Of a DNA stretch of 64,000 nt, positions 23,029 to 36,349 are shown piece by piece. The position numbers and the translations under genes were made by a program. This DNA comes from Selaginella moellendorffii. Taxonomy: Eukaryota > Plantae > Lycopodiophyta. The first letter of the stretch is position 1. Every line of letters starts with the position of its first letter. Under the pieces are notes generated by a model. That model did not search any database. It worked only from the letters and a program-made list of their open reading frames with translations, and was not told where the DNA came from. The stretch covers positions 644,775-708,774 of the forward strand of contig NW_003314327.1 in NCBI RefSeq assembly GCF_000143415.4. Reading direction: 5' to 3'.

Positions 23029-24859
23029 AATTCAATATCAATTAAGTTATGAATTTACAATATAATTATTTACAAATCAGAAAATAAAACACAATAAGCA
23101 AAATATATATAGTTAATTAAGTCTTACCTTTGACTTCTATAATAGCAAATTTTATACCATTTGTTTTTTGTATTATAAGTTATTTCTTCCAAAATAAGTA
23201 GTTAAACTAGAATTTAATACATGTATATTTAAGTTTTATATGAATGAAATTTATGTATAGATTAGATATAAGGCAAATGGTAAAACAACAATATCAATAG
23301 TGATAACTATGGGATTGAAAAATTCTTTATTCTTACCACAAAGTGATAGAGAATAAAAATATTAAAATGTGATATGGTTAAAGCTTCATATTTTTTATCT
23401 AGTTTTAAAAATATTTTAAAAAACTTAAGTTTTAATAGAAGATGATAAAGTTATATGAATATAAAATAATAATTATTAATAACTTTAAAGGTATCAAGGT
23501 AATTAAAAATATTTTATCATTTTCTCTAATAAATTCCTAGGCAGATGAGATGTTGATGGATATTGAAAACAAATAGAGAATAAATTATATAACATATGTA
23601 CTATGCTAGAAGAAAGGATAACATTTTGTTCCTTAACTACTCAAAACTACATGTAAAAGAGTATAACAAACCATTAGTTAAACATAAAAATACAACTAAA
23701 GGATATTTATCCTCAATGTGTTTTCATTCAGAAGGATTAACAACAAAATTATATTGAATTCCTTAATACAACATAATGAAAAAGGGATTATCTTTAGAAA
23801 ATTATAAATCTCTATTTTTAAATTTAACATGTTTATAAAGAAATGCAGTCATAAAAGAATATAAGGTTTATGAGAATAAGTATGAATGGTGTGAAATGCT
23901 TAAAAAATGTGCTATAAAAAGATTCTCAAGGTTTAGGTTGTATGATATCACTCACAAATCTATACAAATGAAACTCAAGTGGTTAATCGATTGTAGCATG
24001 CTCTACATTAGCTATTTGTATTACAGGTAGATGGTGGATACTTTTGTCTGTGGATGCCCTACAAGATAAAAAGTACACTTATAATATACTTTTATCCTTT
24101 GTATCGAGCAACTCACAAATGGTATCATCCACTCATTCTTTGGCAACTTAGAAAGAATATCAACTTCCATTTTACTCAAAATGGTTGATGTAATTGGAGG
24201 GATTTTCTATTATTATTGAGGTGACTCAGAAGATGTTCCTTGAGGAGCATCCAATGGCTGAGTATCCAAAGGAAGGCGATTTAAATTGTCAATCATGTCA
24301 CTATCCATACAAATGTGCTAGTTGGATTTTGAGTCGAGATAACTATAACCCTAAGGATCTCATTTGCCTTGTTAAAAAGATTATAACTTCTTGTAAGCTC
24401 TAAGCTCCTCCTAAACCAACTTGCAATATAGTCCATATTGTTGCTCTTGCTGCAAGTTTTATCACCCATTCTAATGTAAAAGTAGCCTGGTGTCATCCAA
24501 GAGCACAATTGGCTTTTTTATCAAGCAATTGCCTCTTTTCAATTGGTTTAAAGGGAGAAAGATAGGGTGTGTTATATATAGTATCTGAGTAAATAGCAAG
24601 GTTTAATTTTTATTTATGAATGACTATTTAAAATATAATATACCTATGAACAGACAAGCCAAATAAGATCCTTCCTCTCAATGTTTGTTAGATTTTTTTT
24701 ATAAGAGTTTAAATCTACTCAAAGCAAAAACAACATGCTTTAACTAAAAGTTTAAACCTTGCTAATGTGTCAAAAAATCTGATGTAAAATCAAAATTTAC
24801 ATAGTGCAAAAAATCACATATGTGGTGCTAACTTTTATTTTGCCATGCATATGTGGAGG

Positions 24860-27800
24860 TACTAATCTACCTAGAATCGTCTTCGGGAACCTTGAAGGAA
24901 CTCTGTCCCTTAGCTTGCTAAGGCCTCCCTTTTTGCAAGTTTTCCAATTGCCACGTAGTCTAACATGGACAATTCCATATTTTAGACTTTCCATGGCATC
25001 ACGGTTGCTAGCGGCAACACCCTCGAGCCCCCACTTGATTCTCCACTCCCAGCTGGCATAACCAACCTTGGTTATGCCCTTCGATTCCTATGGTTCGGTT
25101 CCATCCCCTTACTTCTTGCTTTTGGCTTCACACCTTTCCTTCGGTCATTCTCCTCCAGACCAGGAAGATAGCTTTGCACTTTCTATCATGCCTTAGCAAG
25201 TATCCTTAGGGATGAACCTACCCAATAGCCCAGGGAGTGGTTCCTCAATCCAGGTATGCTCACTTTATAATCCCACACACTGGGATTACATTGTTGCTTA
25301 TGAGCCTTTACATGCCCATCACTAGCCTTGCCAAAATTCCATTTTTGGCTTTGTCCAACTCGGGTAGATAGTCCTCTCCTGTCTCCGCAACCTTGGACAT
25401 TTGGATAGCACCTTCTATCCATCATTCGCTAGGGACTTAGTCCCTTGGGCTTTATCCATTGCCCTCGCGACATCAAACACCACTTTCTGGTGTTCTAGAG
25501 TGTTCGGGTGTCCCAATGATGGCTTTTTTGACAATGAGTTTTTTTTTTATGACATTGACTTACTATATCGCAACACAAGCAACTTATCCCCCGTAAGGGT
25601 ATATCCGACTTCCCTATGCTATTAAGAAGTCTTGGGTAGCTACCTTCTACCCATTTAACCAGTTATTTTGCACCTCTTGCTTAGTTGCCTCATAGTTGTC
25701 AAGTCCTACAACTCATTGCTTGGTGCTTTCACACCTCCATCATTATCTGGGTCACCACACTCCAACTGCATGCTCTGCAGCTTAGGCTATGCCATTCTCA
25801 TTTCCATTGGGATTCCTTTGGCAAGGGGTTCTCATGAACCCACCAACATAGCCTCAAAGTATCACACCTTGGCACATTTGGTGTCTCCACACCATCGGCT
25901 CCACGAGCCTACCTCTATGACACTTTCCCTTTGTGTCTAAGTCTTTGCCAAGACCAACACCGCTCTTTCTCATACCAACCATCCGTTAGCACTGCACCAT
26001 AGAGGTCACACACAATTTTGTGTCAAAGTTGTTTTCTTCTGGGAACACCTTTCCCATAACTTTAGCATGGCACATTTTGCCATCGATGAGATACCCTCTG
26101 TTCTCATCCTTGGATCCTATGATCCCCCCCCCATCCTTTGTGGGGCACAACACACCTCAGTCCAAATGCTTCCATCAGTCCTTTTAAGACCATCCCTTGA
26201 CTCTACTTGAGTCATCCAGCAGTTTTGGACTTGGTTAATCCACAGACCCGTAAGGTCCTACTTGTGAGGCACTAGCTCACTGGAATACACTTCTTGCATT
26301 CCTGTCCTACTCAAAAGGACTATTTTCACAAGTGTTACTCTGACACTTGATTTTGTTCTTTGGGGGCAACCTTTGCCCCTTAGGACTACTTGTCCATGTG
26401 ATGAGAATACCACTCATCTCTAAGTACACCCCCCAACTCCTTGGGTTGTTCCAGCATTTATTAAAGGTAGCCCCGGCTACCATTTCAAGGACTTGAGTCC
26501 TCTTCCGTATTTGACCTCCCACGGTCATTACTTCTGGTCTCACATTCATGAGCACCAACCTCAACTATATGAGGATAATCTTGTGACTCCTTTATTGTTT
26601 TGGAGTCTCTATCTTTCCCGTGATCCCAACTATAATTGTTTACCACAACTACCTTAGCCAATTTGTTGAGACAAATGCTCATCCGGATCACATCCTCAAC
26701 TCGATGAGGAAAACCTTGCATTGTTCCCAAGATCCCAAAGTCGTTCCATTATTGGCCCTTTTCTATCCACCACCTCGTCTACAAGTTCACACATGAACTG
26801 TAATGGAGAGCCATGTCTTCCTGACTTGCTACTCCTCAAGGATAGGCCCACTCCTCAGACCTTCCAATGCCAACACTAGTGGTGATATACTTGAGCACCA
26901 ATAAAAGTCGGACTAAGGAACAGCTCTGATACCAAATTGTAAGCGACTAATTTTTCCATTTTACTTTAGTCACTTAACCGCACCTCCGACCACTTGGAGG
27001 AGTCTCATTCACAACCTCCATAAGTCCAACTCAAGACTTGGGGCTTGCTAGCCCCGAGAATGGCATCCATGCCACTCAACCTTAGCACTTGGTCCAAGTG
27101 CTCCACGTGTCCGATCCCATGACCGGCACTCCAAGGTACCACCAACATACCAGCCTGTTACGCTAGGCCATGCCCTTTCACCTTGGTCACACCGGTGGTC
27201 TAACACCACCTACACCACAGTCCTGTCTCTCAAAGACTGGGCCATCCGTCCATGAGGGATCATCCCCGATCCACTCCTTAGCATCCTTAGGATGCCCACA
27301 GACATGGGGAATAGCCCTCCCCAATATCCCCTTTCCGGTCCCTACCAAGCCCCTTTCTGGCCATGACCGTATTCGCCAACATTGCCACTGGATCAAGGCC
27401 CATAGGCCCGACCACTAAGTCCCACGGTCCTCTGGGACTTCCTCACCACACGACTGTATCCTTAGTCACTACACCAGAGAACTACTCCTCTGCCTTTCCA
27501 CAGTCTGGGCCTTCGGGACAACGTTTCGGAACACCGTGGCCTTACGCAAGCCTTATGGGTACTCTCCCCACTTATCGCCTTTAGGTGCTCTAGCCATGGG
27601 CTTAGAGCGAGGTTCCGTTGAGCCACGATAGGTATCCAAGTAGGTAGTGCCACCCACACTTGGACTGGGAGCATCGGCCAGTCGATCTCCCAGGGGAACT
27701 AGAGCCGGCTCTTGAACACTTCACCAAGCTACCCCACTTGTCGGTCCGTGTTCACTCTAGTCTTGGACTTCCCAGTGGGCAGCTCATCACCCAACACTGG

Positions 27801-28841
27801 GTCCGGCCTTCCTGGGCCAAACTGGCCTTTCCTGGCCAAACTGGCTCCACTGCAGTCCTCCCCCCTACTATACTTTTGGAGCTCACCAAACCCCCCAGGG
27901 TCTGGGAGACAAACACTTTGGGCTTTCACCCTCTCAGACTCGAACTCGAACTCGGACTCGGACTCGGACTCGGACTCAGGCTTGGTCTCGGCCTCGGCCC
28001 CGGTCTCGGTCTCGGTCCCGATCTCGGTCTCGGTCTCGGTTCCGGTCTCAGTCTCGATCTCGGTCTTGACCTCGGACTCCATCTCGGGTCCATCTCGGAC
28101 TCCATCTCGGACTCCATCTCGTGTCCATCTCGGACTCCATCTCGGGTCCATCTGGGACTCCATTTCGGGTCCATCTCGGGTCCATCTCGGGTCCATCTCG
28201 GACTCCACCTCGGACTCCATCTCGGGTCCATCTCAGACTCCATCTCGGGTCCATCTCGGGTCCATCTCGGACTCCACCTCGGACTTCATCTCGGGTCCAT
28301 CTCAGACTCCATCTCGGGTCCATCTCGGGTCCATCTCGGACTCCACCTCGGACTCCATCTCGGGTCCATCTCGGACTCCATCTCGGGTCCATCTCGGACT
28401 CCATCTCGGACTCCATTTCGGGTCCATCTCGGGTCCATCTCGGACTCCACCTCGGACTCCATCTCGGGTCCATCTCAGACTCCACCTCGGACTCCACCTC
28501 GGACTCCACCTCGGACTCCATCTCGGACTCCATCTCGGGTCCACCTCGGACTCCACTTCGGATCCATCTCGGACTCCACTTCGGACCCGAACTTGGGTCC
28601 ATCTCGGACACTTCCTCGTGTCATGTGTTGGTCCTTTTTGGGTCCCTTTTTGGAGCCTCGTTTATTGCTCACTTCGTGCTTGTTCCTCGAGCCCTTTGTT
28701 GGGAGTTCCACTCCCGCTCTCAACCTTTCGAGTCGGAGCTTTTAGTCCAAACGTGTTACGCTCGTTTGGTTTTCGCTTCGGCCACCACCACATGGCACCC
28801 TTCCGGCTCCACTTTGGGGCCTAGGGATTTTGTGTCTCACA
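24860..28841 (-). mobile_element. 5' half of a family B LTR element: 5' LTR (26938-28841), tRNA-iMet PBS and non-coding or degenerate internal region
   Basis: Inverted LTR copy. GCTCTGATACCA at about 26923-26934 reads TGGTATCAGAGC on the minus strand. Left boundary approximate. Confidence 0.85.
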
Positions 28842-30597
28842 GTATAATAGGGACTGTGATGAGGAGGACCATCTACATTTCACAAACTATATATAAAGGG
28901 GAGATGTTTCTAGCGCCTTTCATAAGGGATGATCCTGAGCAATTTCCATTTAAGGACTTCGTCACCACTGAGCTTACAAAACTCGGAGAGGACTGGCTGC
29001 CAAAGAAGGCCACAAGCACAACTCCATTTGATAAACAACTTGGCCAACCTTACTTCATGTGTTGAGTGGCTTTCAGGTAACATACAATTTCTCAACTATA
29101 CTCAACTGTTTATATTCTATTATAGGTATCTCCAATATAGAGGCGTTCCTCTTGAAACACCGGTATGCACACAACTCCTGAGGCATGGTGTGAGAGATGG
29201 AGGGATATACTCGACAACAATGAAGTTTCTAGCAACAATAAAGCGTGCTTGTCTTTGGGAATTGGAGATGCTAGATTATGAACCAACCCACCAAGAGGCT
29301 GCAAAAGGCAATAATAATGATGAAGATGATGGCTATGAGAATGTCAACCCTGTTGGTGCCAATGGTGAGCAGAGTGAAGATGGCGGTGAGAACGAGATTC
29401 TTTGAAACATAGTCATGCAAGAGAACCAGAACGTCCAAGAAGTTCTACCTCGACGAAAGCGTGCAAATCCACATTTGGAGGAATTAGTCAACAGTGATGA
29501 TGACAAGACGTCCCCATAACCGAGGAACTTCTCGAGGTATATTTCTTTTAATTCTCTCCTTTTCTTAGTTCCTCAAAATGGTTGCAGCAAAAACTGTCGG
29601 GAGTAACTTCATTCCAGCTCGTCTTGATGCCTGAGAAGAGGACCTGGAGGAACTTACATCTACCATACGCCACATGACAGTATGTAAATTTTTCTTAAGT
29701 TCACATCTTATCTTTGTCTTCTCCCCTAGATTCGCCCTGTTTCTCTAGTGGCATTCCATGGTGAAGTTGGGATCTTTATTGGCTCTTACAGTTCATTGAT
29801 GGCATCTTTTGAGGAGGATGCTGAGAATATGGCTATCCGGCAAAAGTGGGAGCGCTTTTGTCAGAAGATCCATATGCGACCGCTCAAGAGCACAAACTTC
29901 ATGCTCTTCGACATGCCAAATGGTCTTCCAGACGCTAATGGTGATGTCCCAAACTAGAACAACCTGACTAAAGACCACTTGAAGGATGCATTCCTTTTGG
30001 CAGCAATTCTCTTTCACACAACCGGTTAAATTGCCTTCATTCTCCCGAATGACCCCCATTGGATGTCCTGCCTTATGAGGTATGCAACTCGAGTCAACTT
30101 CAAGAGGTTCTCTTCCGGGTGCATCATGGATAGTGTTGGGGTCGAGACCAAAGGCATCCTAAGCATGCTAGAGAAGGTAAGAAATCATCTTCTGTTTTGG
30201 TTGTCTCTAAAGTTTTATTATTCAGGTTATGATGTGGACCTACCATGTGTTCTACAAAAGAGAAAATGATGGTTTTTGTGATAGCGAGCGTGTTGCAAGG
30301 GTTTTGCCAGGGTATGATAGCTTTACTGACATCATACCAAATCTCATAGACGACGATATCCGCAACACATTGTCTGGGTATCAGTTCCAATCTCCATCGG
30401 CGATGCATGTCCTACTTGAGCTTTATTGCCCAACTAGGGATGTTGTCATCGATTGCACAGCAGTTAGTGGTTCGATGGTCGAAGCAGCACGTGACTTTAG
30501 TAGTCGGTGTTTGCGATTGAAGAATATGAGTTCTTCAAACGCTGTCTTAGAGTTTTTTGTCCTTCTCTATCAGTTGCTTTTAGGAGGTAATTTATGA
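28842..30597 (+). pseudogene. 3' half of the second ParB-methyltransferase-like gene
   Basis: FMLFDMPNGLP near 29898 resembles motif IV (DPPY). YQFQSPSAMHVLLELYCPTRDVVIDCTAVSGSMVEAA resembles beta-class motifs X and I. Short introns and stops. Confidence 0.65.
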
Positions 30598-30886
30598 TGT
30601 TTTAAAAACTTATATACAATGAATGCATCCACTTGCAATGAGATAATGATTGTGATAGTGACAGTGTCAGTGCAATAGATAGTGATAGCGTCAATGACAG
30701 AGACAGTGTCAGTGTCAGAGATGACAGCGTTACAGTGTCAGTCTATCAAATTTCATAATTACTAGTATTATGAGTTTATTATCTATAGGTAATACAATTT
30801 TGTTAATAAAAAAAAGGTGAGAGGGGGGGGGGGGGGGGCGGGGATGGATAATATCATAGTGTAAGAATTATTAGTAGCTAGAATTT

Positions 30887-31476
30887 TCAGTAGGATGGCC
30901 TAAAAATACCATATTCAGCACTTGTGGATGTAGTATTTACTAACGGAATATTGTTTCTCACCATGAAATGATAATGGTTGTGTGTTTTTAACTCTTTTTT
31001 GATTTTCTTATACATCCATTTATGCACACCTTCCACACAAGTTCTTGGGCAATTGTGACAGTGTTCTAGAAAAGTTTCTAAACCCATATAGCCTTCTATT
31101 TTATCTAAATAAAAGTAGCAGATGGGACACTGGAGATAATATGTGTTCATTCTTTCAAAAGTTTCAGCCATATCTAGAGCCAGATGTTTCAAGTGCACAC
31201 CTTCCAAACCACTTGAATGCTTCCACACCTTCCAAACCATTTGAAAGCCACTTGAAGCACATGAGGCAATCTATCTTTAGTAGCAACATCTAGAACATTA
31301 TCTGGAAGAGGGATCTCTTATTCAGTCACACTTGGGGCTACAAAAGGAAAAGCCTCACAACGATTGTTATGTGGAGGTAAGGGTGGAATGTTGGTAGAAG
31401 TTGGAAATGAAGGTGGAGACTCATATGAAATGCATGGGGGCCAAGTGTGAGTAGCAATAGCATTTTCCCTAGCCAT
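30887..31476 (-). pseudogene. Small Cys/His zinc-binding-like protein, copy 1
   Basis: YYLQCPICYFYL...LEHCHNCPR...EGVHKWMYKKIKKELKTH. Paralogous to 31735-32289. Confidence 0.5.
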
Positions 31477-31734
31477 TCCTACACTCTAAACAAAATGAAA
31501 TTTCAATGTTGAAAGCATCCTTTGTCGGTATTTATACTAAGAAAAGATTTAGGGGTTCTTGAAAGTCTAAATTGTCAGTCTCAAAAATAGGACTTTAGAA
31601 TTATAACAGTGTCAGAACCACTTGTATATATAATAATATCTTTATACATGCTAGAATACTATCATTCTCAAAAATATAAGATTCTCCACTTTACTCAAAA
31701 AGAATTATACTTTTGAAAAAACTATGCATGACTT

Positions 31735-32289
31735 TCACATTACATTAAAAGGTGGCCTAAATATTCTATATTCAGCACTTACTGATGCAGTGTTCACTAA
31801 TGGAATATTGTTCTCCACCATGAAATCATAATAGCTATGTGTCTTTAATTCTTTCTTGATTTTCTTATACATCCATACGTGCACACCTTCCAAACCCACT
31901 CTTGGGCATTTGCGACAATGCTCAATAAAATTTACCAAACCCATACAACCATCTGTCTTGTTTAAATAAAAGTTGCATATAGGACACTAAAGATAATATG
32001 TATCTACATTAAACTCCCTTGCCATATCTGGAGCAAGATCTTGAAGAAAATATTGACATCGCTCTTGGAGCATTGGAGGCAATCCAACTCTTTTAACAAC
32101 ATCATAAGGAAGGAATTCTTATTTAGTTGCACTCGAGGTCATAAATGGAACAACCTCATAACATCCCTCAAAATAAAAAGGAGGATTGTTGCGTAGAGGT
32201 GAAGGTGGATTATTGGTTGAGATTGGAGATGGAGGTGGAGACTCATATGAAAGGCTTCCGAGACCAAAAGTAAACTTCTTCCTAACCAT
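31735..32289 (-). pseudogene. Small Cys/His zinc-binding-like protein, copy 2
   Basis: CPICNFYL...IEHCRKCPRVGLEGVHVWMYKKIKKELKTH. Shares the N-terminal SYESPP with copy 1. Stops present. Confidence 0.5.
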
Positions 32290-32728
32290 TGCAACACACA
32301 AGAAGAATTAAACTTCCCAGCAATAAGAATTCTTTGATTAATATACTATATCAATCTCGGGAATGATGTTTTATTATGACATGACAATATATTGAATCAT
32401 TATTGTCAGTCTTAGTAATTTCAACCTACTATGAGAGACAAGTGGCTATAAGGTTTCAAAAGCTAAAAACTAGCATATAATTAATATAGAGCCTTATTTT
32501 ATATAGCTGGCTTGCCATATATAATAATGGCGAATACACACAAGCACGCGAGTATGCCTTTTTGCAAGATTACTTTTCAATCCCAAAATCATATATAGAT
32601 TTAATTCTTTGATTTGTCCACATCATATATCTTTGCAAAGACAAAACATATCAAAAGGAATAAGATATATATAAAAATCTTACTTTTTTTTATAATACTT
32701 TAGTGGATTATAAAAGCCATTGAAAGGT

Positions 32729-32974
32729 TTATAGAGTGGATTTATTAGTGTTTTCCACTGTGCTGTCCATTTCTTCTTTTCTTTTGCTTTGGATTGTTAT
32801 TTCAAAAGTAACAAGAGCATTTTTATCAATAGTGACAGTGGTCTCCACATTCCCGGATGGATAATAAGGACCAAACGTGTAATATAGAGATTGTGGTAGT
32901 GAAACAAAATTAATATTCTCACATTTCTGTATGCTAGAACTATTTACAGCTTTTTTGTCTTCCTTGCTTCCCAT
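32729..32974 (-). CDS. Small ORF homologous to 5934-6191
   Basis: FVSLPQSLYYT...NALVTFEITIQSK...DSTVENTNK. Confidence 0.5.
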   Translation of the reverse strand: MGSKEDKKAVNSSSIQKCENINFVSLPQSLYYTFGPYYPSGNVETTVTIDKNALVTFEITIQSKRKEEMDSTVENTNKSTL

Positions 32975-34280
32975 CTCTGTAAACCCTAAAGAATGAACGA
33001 GTGAATCAATGTTCCAAATTATTTATATATTTCTGGTCAATTGTTGAAATGTTAAAATATTGAAATGTACAATAGAAATTTTAGGTTCATTCGAACTTCA
33101 ATATTCCCATTTTATTTAGGACTAATAAAGCCCAAAATTTTCTATGGGTTCAAACGAACTTCTAATTCTAGAAACAGTATTTTATTGTATAAATTGCATT
33201 AGAAAGATTCAAAAAATAGAAATTTCTCTGAACCATTGATACTTAAATTCATAAATTTCAAGTTCACCAAAGAATAACATTTTTCTGACTTAATATTTCC
33301 TTATAAGACTTATGGTTGATTATGTTAACTAGCATTGACTTAAGCTGAATTGAGCTCAATTCATAACTCAACTTTGGACCATCCCTGGATCAACAAGGGT
33401 AATCCCCAGTGCAGAGTGTGGAGCATGGATGATGGTGGCGAGCACCTTCTTGGATCTTACAGATGTCTACTGGGACGATTTTATGGCGTTCGAGTGCCTG
33501 CTGTGCCTTGCTGGACAGTGCTGCGATCGGTAAGTGGTTTTACATCTGTGGCAAGAGTGAGACGGTGGGGCAGCACAGTGTCGGCGAGGTGGTGTATTAC
33601 CGGAGGGCGGTTGTTTACCGCCCCTCGCTGGTCAGGCCGTCCGGTGGAGGCACTCTCGGGCTGGATCCCGAGGAGGAGGAGAGGCTGGCGGGGCACCCTT
33701 TTCTATTTATAAAATGTCTATAATTTTGTTATGAGGAGGTACAACTCCCAAAAGGGATAGGTGGGAGTTCTGGTAAAAAATTGTGCAAACTTGTAAAATA
33801 TATAAAAAGAAACATTTATGTGCTTAAATTGTTGTTACTCATAAAATAATATTTTGAATATAACCTTTTTTTTATGCATGGGCATCCATTGGTGCCCTGC
33901 AACAGAGGATCAAAGCAATTGGCTTTTGGGACAAGGTATACAAGGACATCTTCTTCTTGTGATTCAAGGTGTTTGTCCCGAACCTTGATGATAAACTTGT
34001 CAAAAAACCATCCATTTTTTTGAGCAACTTATTGCTTTAAACCCACTGGAACAAAAACATCCAAGACAGTATAAAACCTTAACCAAGCAAAGATAGTACC
34101 TTTTCTTTATTCAGATGCATGTGTCTGGATCATCGCGAAATTCTTCTAGAATCCTACAGCTGTAGTTTGTAGTTCAAACTTCAACACGTAGAACGTAAAC
34201 ATCAGATTAAAATAATTTTGTCATGGCCAAGCCTTCAGTCTCGCGGGGCTTGGATCAGTTTGGAAAGGAAACGTTTGGCA

Positions 34281-36077
34281 ATGGAAATGTGGCTAGTGCT
34301 ACTTGCTGTTCTTGCGGGATCACTCCTCATCATTTGGTTCCAATGCTGTAGTTTCCTCGTGTACCACTTGTGGAGGCCCAAGGTTCTGGAGAAGGTCATG
34401 TCCGCCCAGGGGGTCACCGGGCCTCCCCAGAAGAATCTCCTCACGCAAATCTGGGAGCTCCCGGATATGGAGCAAGTAAGTCACGACATTGTTCCACACG
34501 CGATTCCACTCCACCATGCATGCTTGCAAAAATACGGTAAAAGATCGATCCATCGATCTCTCTCTTCTCTCTCTGAAATCATTCTCTCGCAGGACCGCTA
34601 CACATGAATTGGTGGCGCGTGGAGCCTCGGGTGGAACTTGCGGATATCGATCTCATGCGCAAGGCACTCCTCAAAGGTCCGGAGTTTTTCGGGAAATCGC
34701 CTGTTCTCGGGATGATGGCCGACGACATTTTCGGTGGTGGTGTCTTTGACGCCAGCGGACGAGACTGGGTGGAGCAAAGGCGCGTTGTGGTGCCTGTGTT
34801 TCACGCTGACAAGATCAAGGTCTCCACCTTCAAAACAGTCATAGATCTAGAGTGTGATTATCCAGATCTTTACAGGGAATGGTGAGAACCATGTACGAGA
34901 ACACACAAAACTTCCTGGAGAACTGGGAGACGCTGGTTCGAAATGGCGGAACTGGAGAGAAAGCTCTCGACGTTTTCCCCGAGTTTGTGGAGCTCACAGC
35001 GCTCATCATTGGGCAAGCCGCGTTTGGGACCAGTTCCAGCACCTCCATAGCCATTGTCAAGCTCCTGCGTCTCTTGTTTGCTTTGCAATCGCAGCAAGTC
35101 AGATATGTGTGGATGTTTCCATTCATCAGGTAAGTCAACGTTTATGAGATTATTTCATACTCCATCCTCCCATGGCAGGAGTCTACCATTCCTTCCCATG
35201 AATCGCGAGAGATGGAGAATCAAGAGAGAAATCCATCGTTTGCTCCATGTGGAGATTGATTCGCGACGGGCTTTCACGCGGGAGAACTGTGCTGCCTCTC
35301 ACGGGAGTGACTTGCTCGGTACGATGCTCGACAGCAACTGGGACGACGAGCTTATCATCACCGAGAGCAAGACCTTCTACACAACCGGGCACATGTCCCT
35401 CACTTCGTTATACTCGTGGGTGATGCTGCTGCTGGCCGTGAATCCAGAATGGCAGGAGAAAGCCCGAGTGGAAGTTTTGGAACTTGTCGCGAGAGAGGGG
35501 CCCCTGGACAACGCAAAAGCGCTAGACAAGCTCAAGCTGGTCCGTTGTTTCTAGAAAAGACAATACTGCTCTCATCACTATGCTATTGTCTTTCATGCAG
35601 GTTGAGATGACAATCATGGAAACGCTGCGACTCTATCCTGCGTTCCTAATCATTCCTCGAGTAGCGCTCAGAGATTGCTACGTCGACCACATCTTCATAC
35701 CAAAAGGGCTGGCAGTATCCGTGCACAATACCGTGATACAACACAGTGCCGAGATGTGGGGAGAGGACGCAAACGAGTTTAATCCCGGTCGCTTTGCAAA
35801 TGGAAGCCTGGCAGCGAGCAAGCATCCCATGGCTTTCATGCCATTCTCGTTTGGACCGCGGGCTTGCGTTGGTCGGGCGTATTCTCAGGTCCAGGCCAAG
35901 GTCGTTGTGGCCTCCCTGTTGCAGCGATTCAGGTGGAGCTTGTCACCTGATTATCGTCACAACCCCATGGCTGCTGGGACTTTGCTCCCCAAGAACGGAG
36001 TTCCCATTGTCCTGAAGCTGCTGGATTCCAAAACCATCGTTTCAAATGAAGGCAACCGGAGAGAGATCCTAACCTGA
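34281..36077 (+). CDS. Cytochrome P450, CYP72-clan-like, 5 exons (34281-34536, 34593-34819, 34876-35129, 35179-35539, 35601-36077)
   Basis: N-terminal TM segment with WRPK...QGVTGPP, PEWQEKAR, ETLRLYP, FNPGRF and heme motif FSFGPRACVG. GT-AG introns. Confidence 0.9.
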
Positions 36078-36349
36078 ATTGATGATCAACTCGTTTTTAC
36101 TGTTTTCATTCAAGAAGAAGATGTCCTCGCGGGCCTCCGTCAAATACCCGACTGCTTTAATCCTCAGGTTCCGAATCCTCCGTATTTCTAGAAATTCTAG
36201 CTGCTCCTCCTTGTGCCCCGCCGCCTCCTCCATCCTGAGAGCGCCTCCACCAGCGGGCCTGACCCCTGGATTGTAATGAACGTTGTCCCCTGTCCTCTCT
36301 CGTGCCGCAGCCACTCTTGTTAATTCTCCCCACGGATGTAAAACCACTC

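Noticed and set aside
23030-24860. AT-rich region with short ORFs
   Set aside because: No recognisable motif or boundary, so I left it unannotated.
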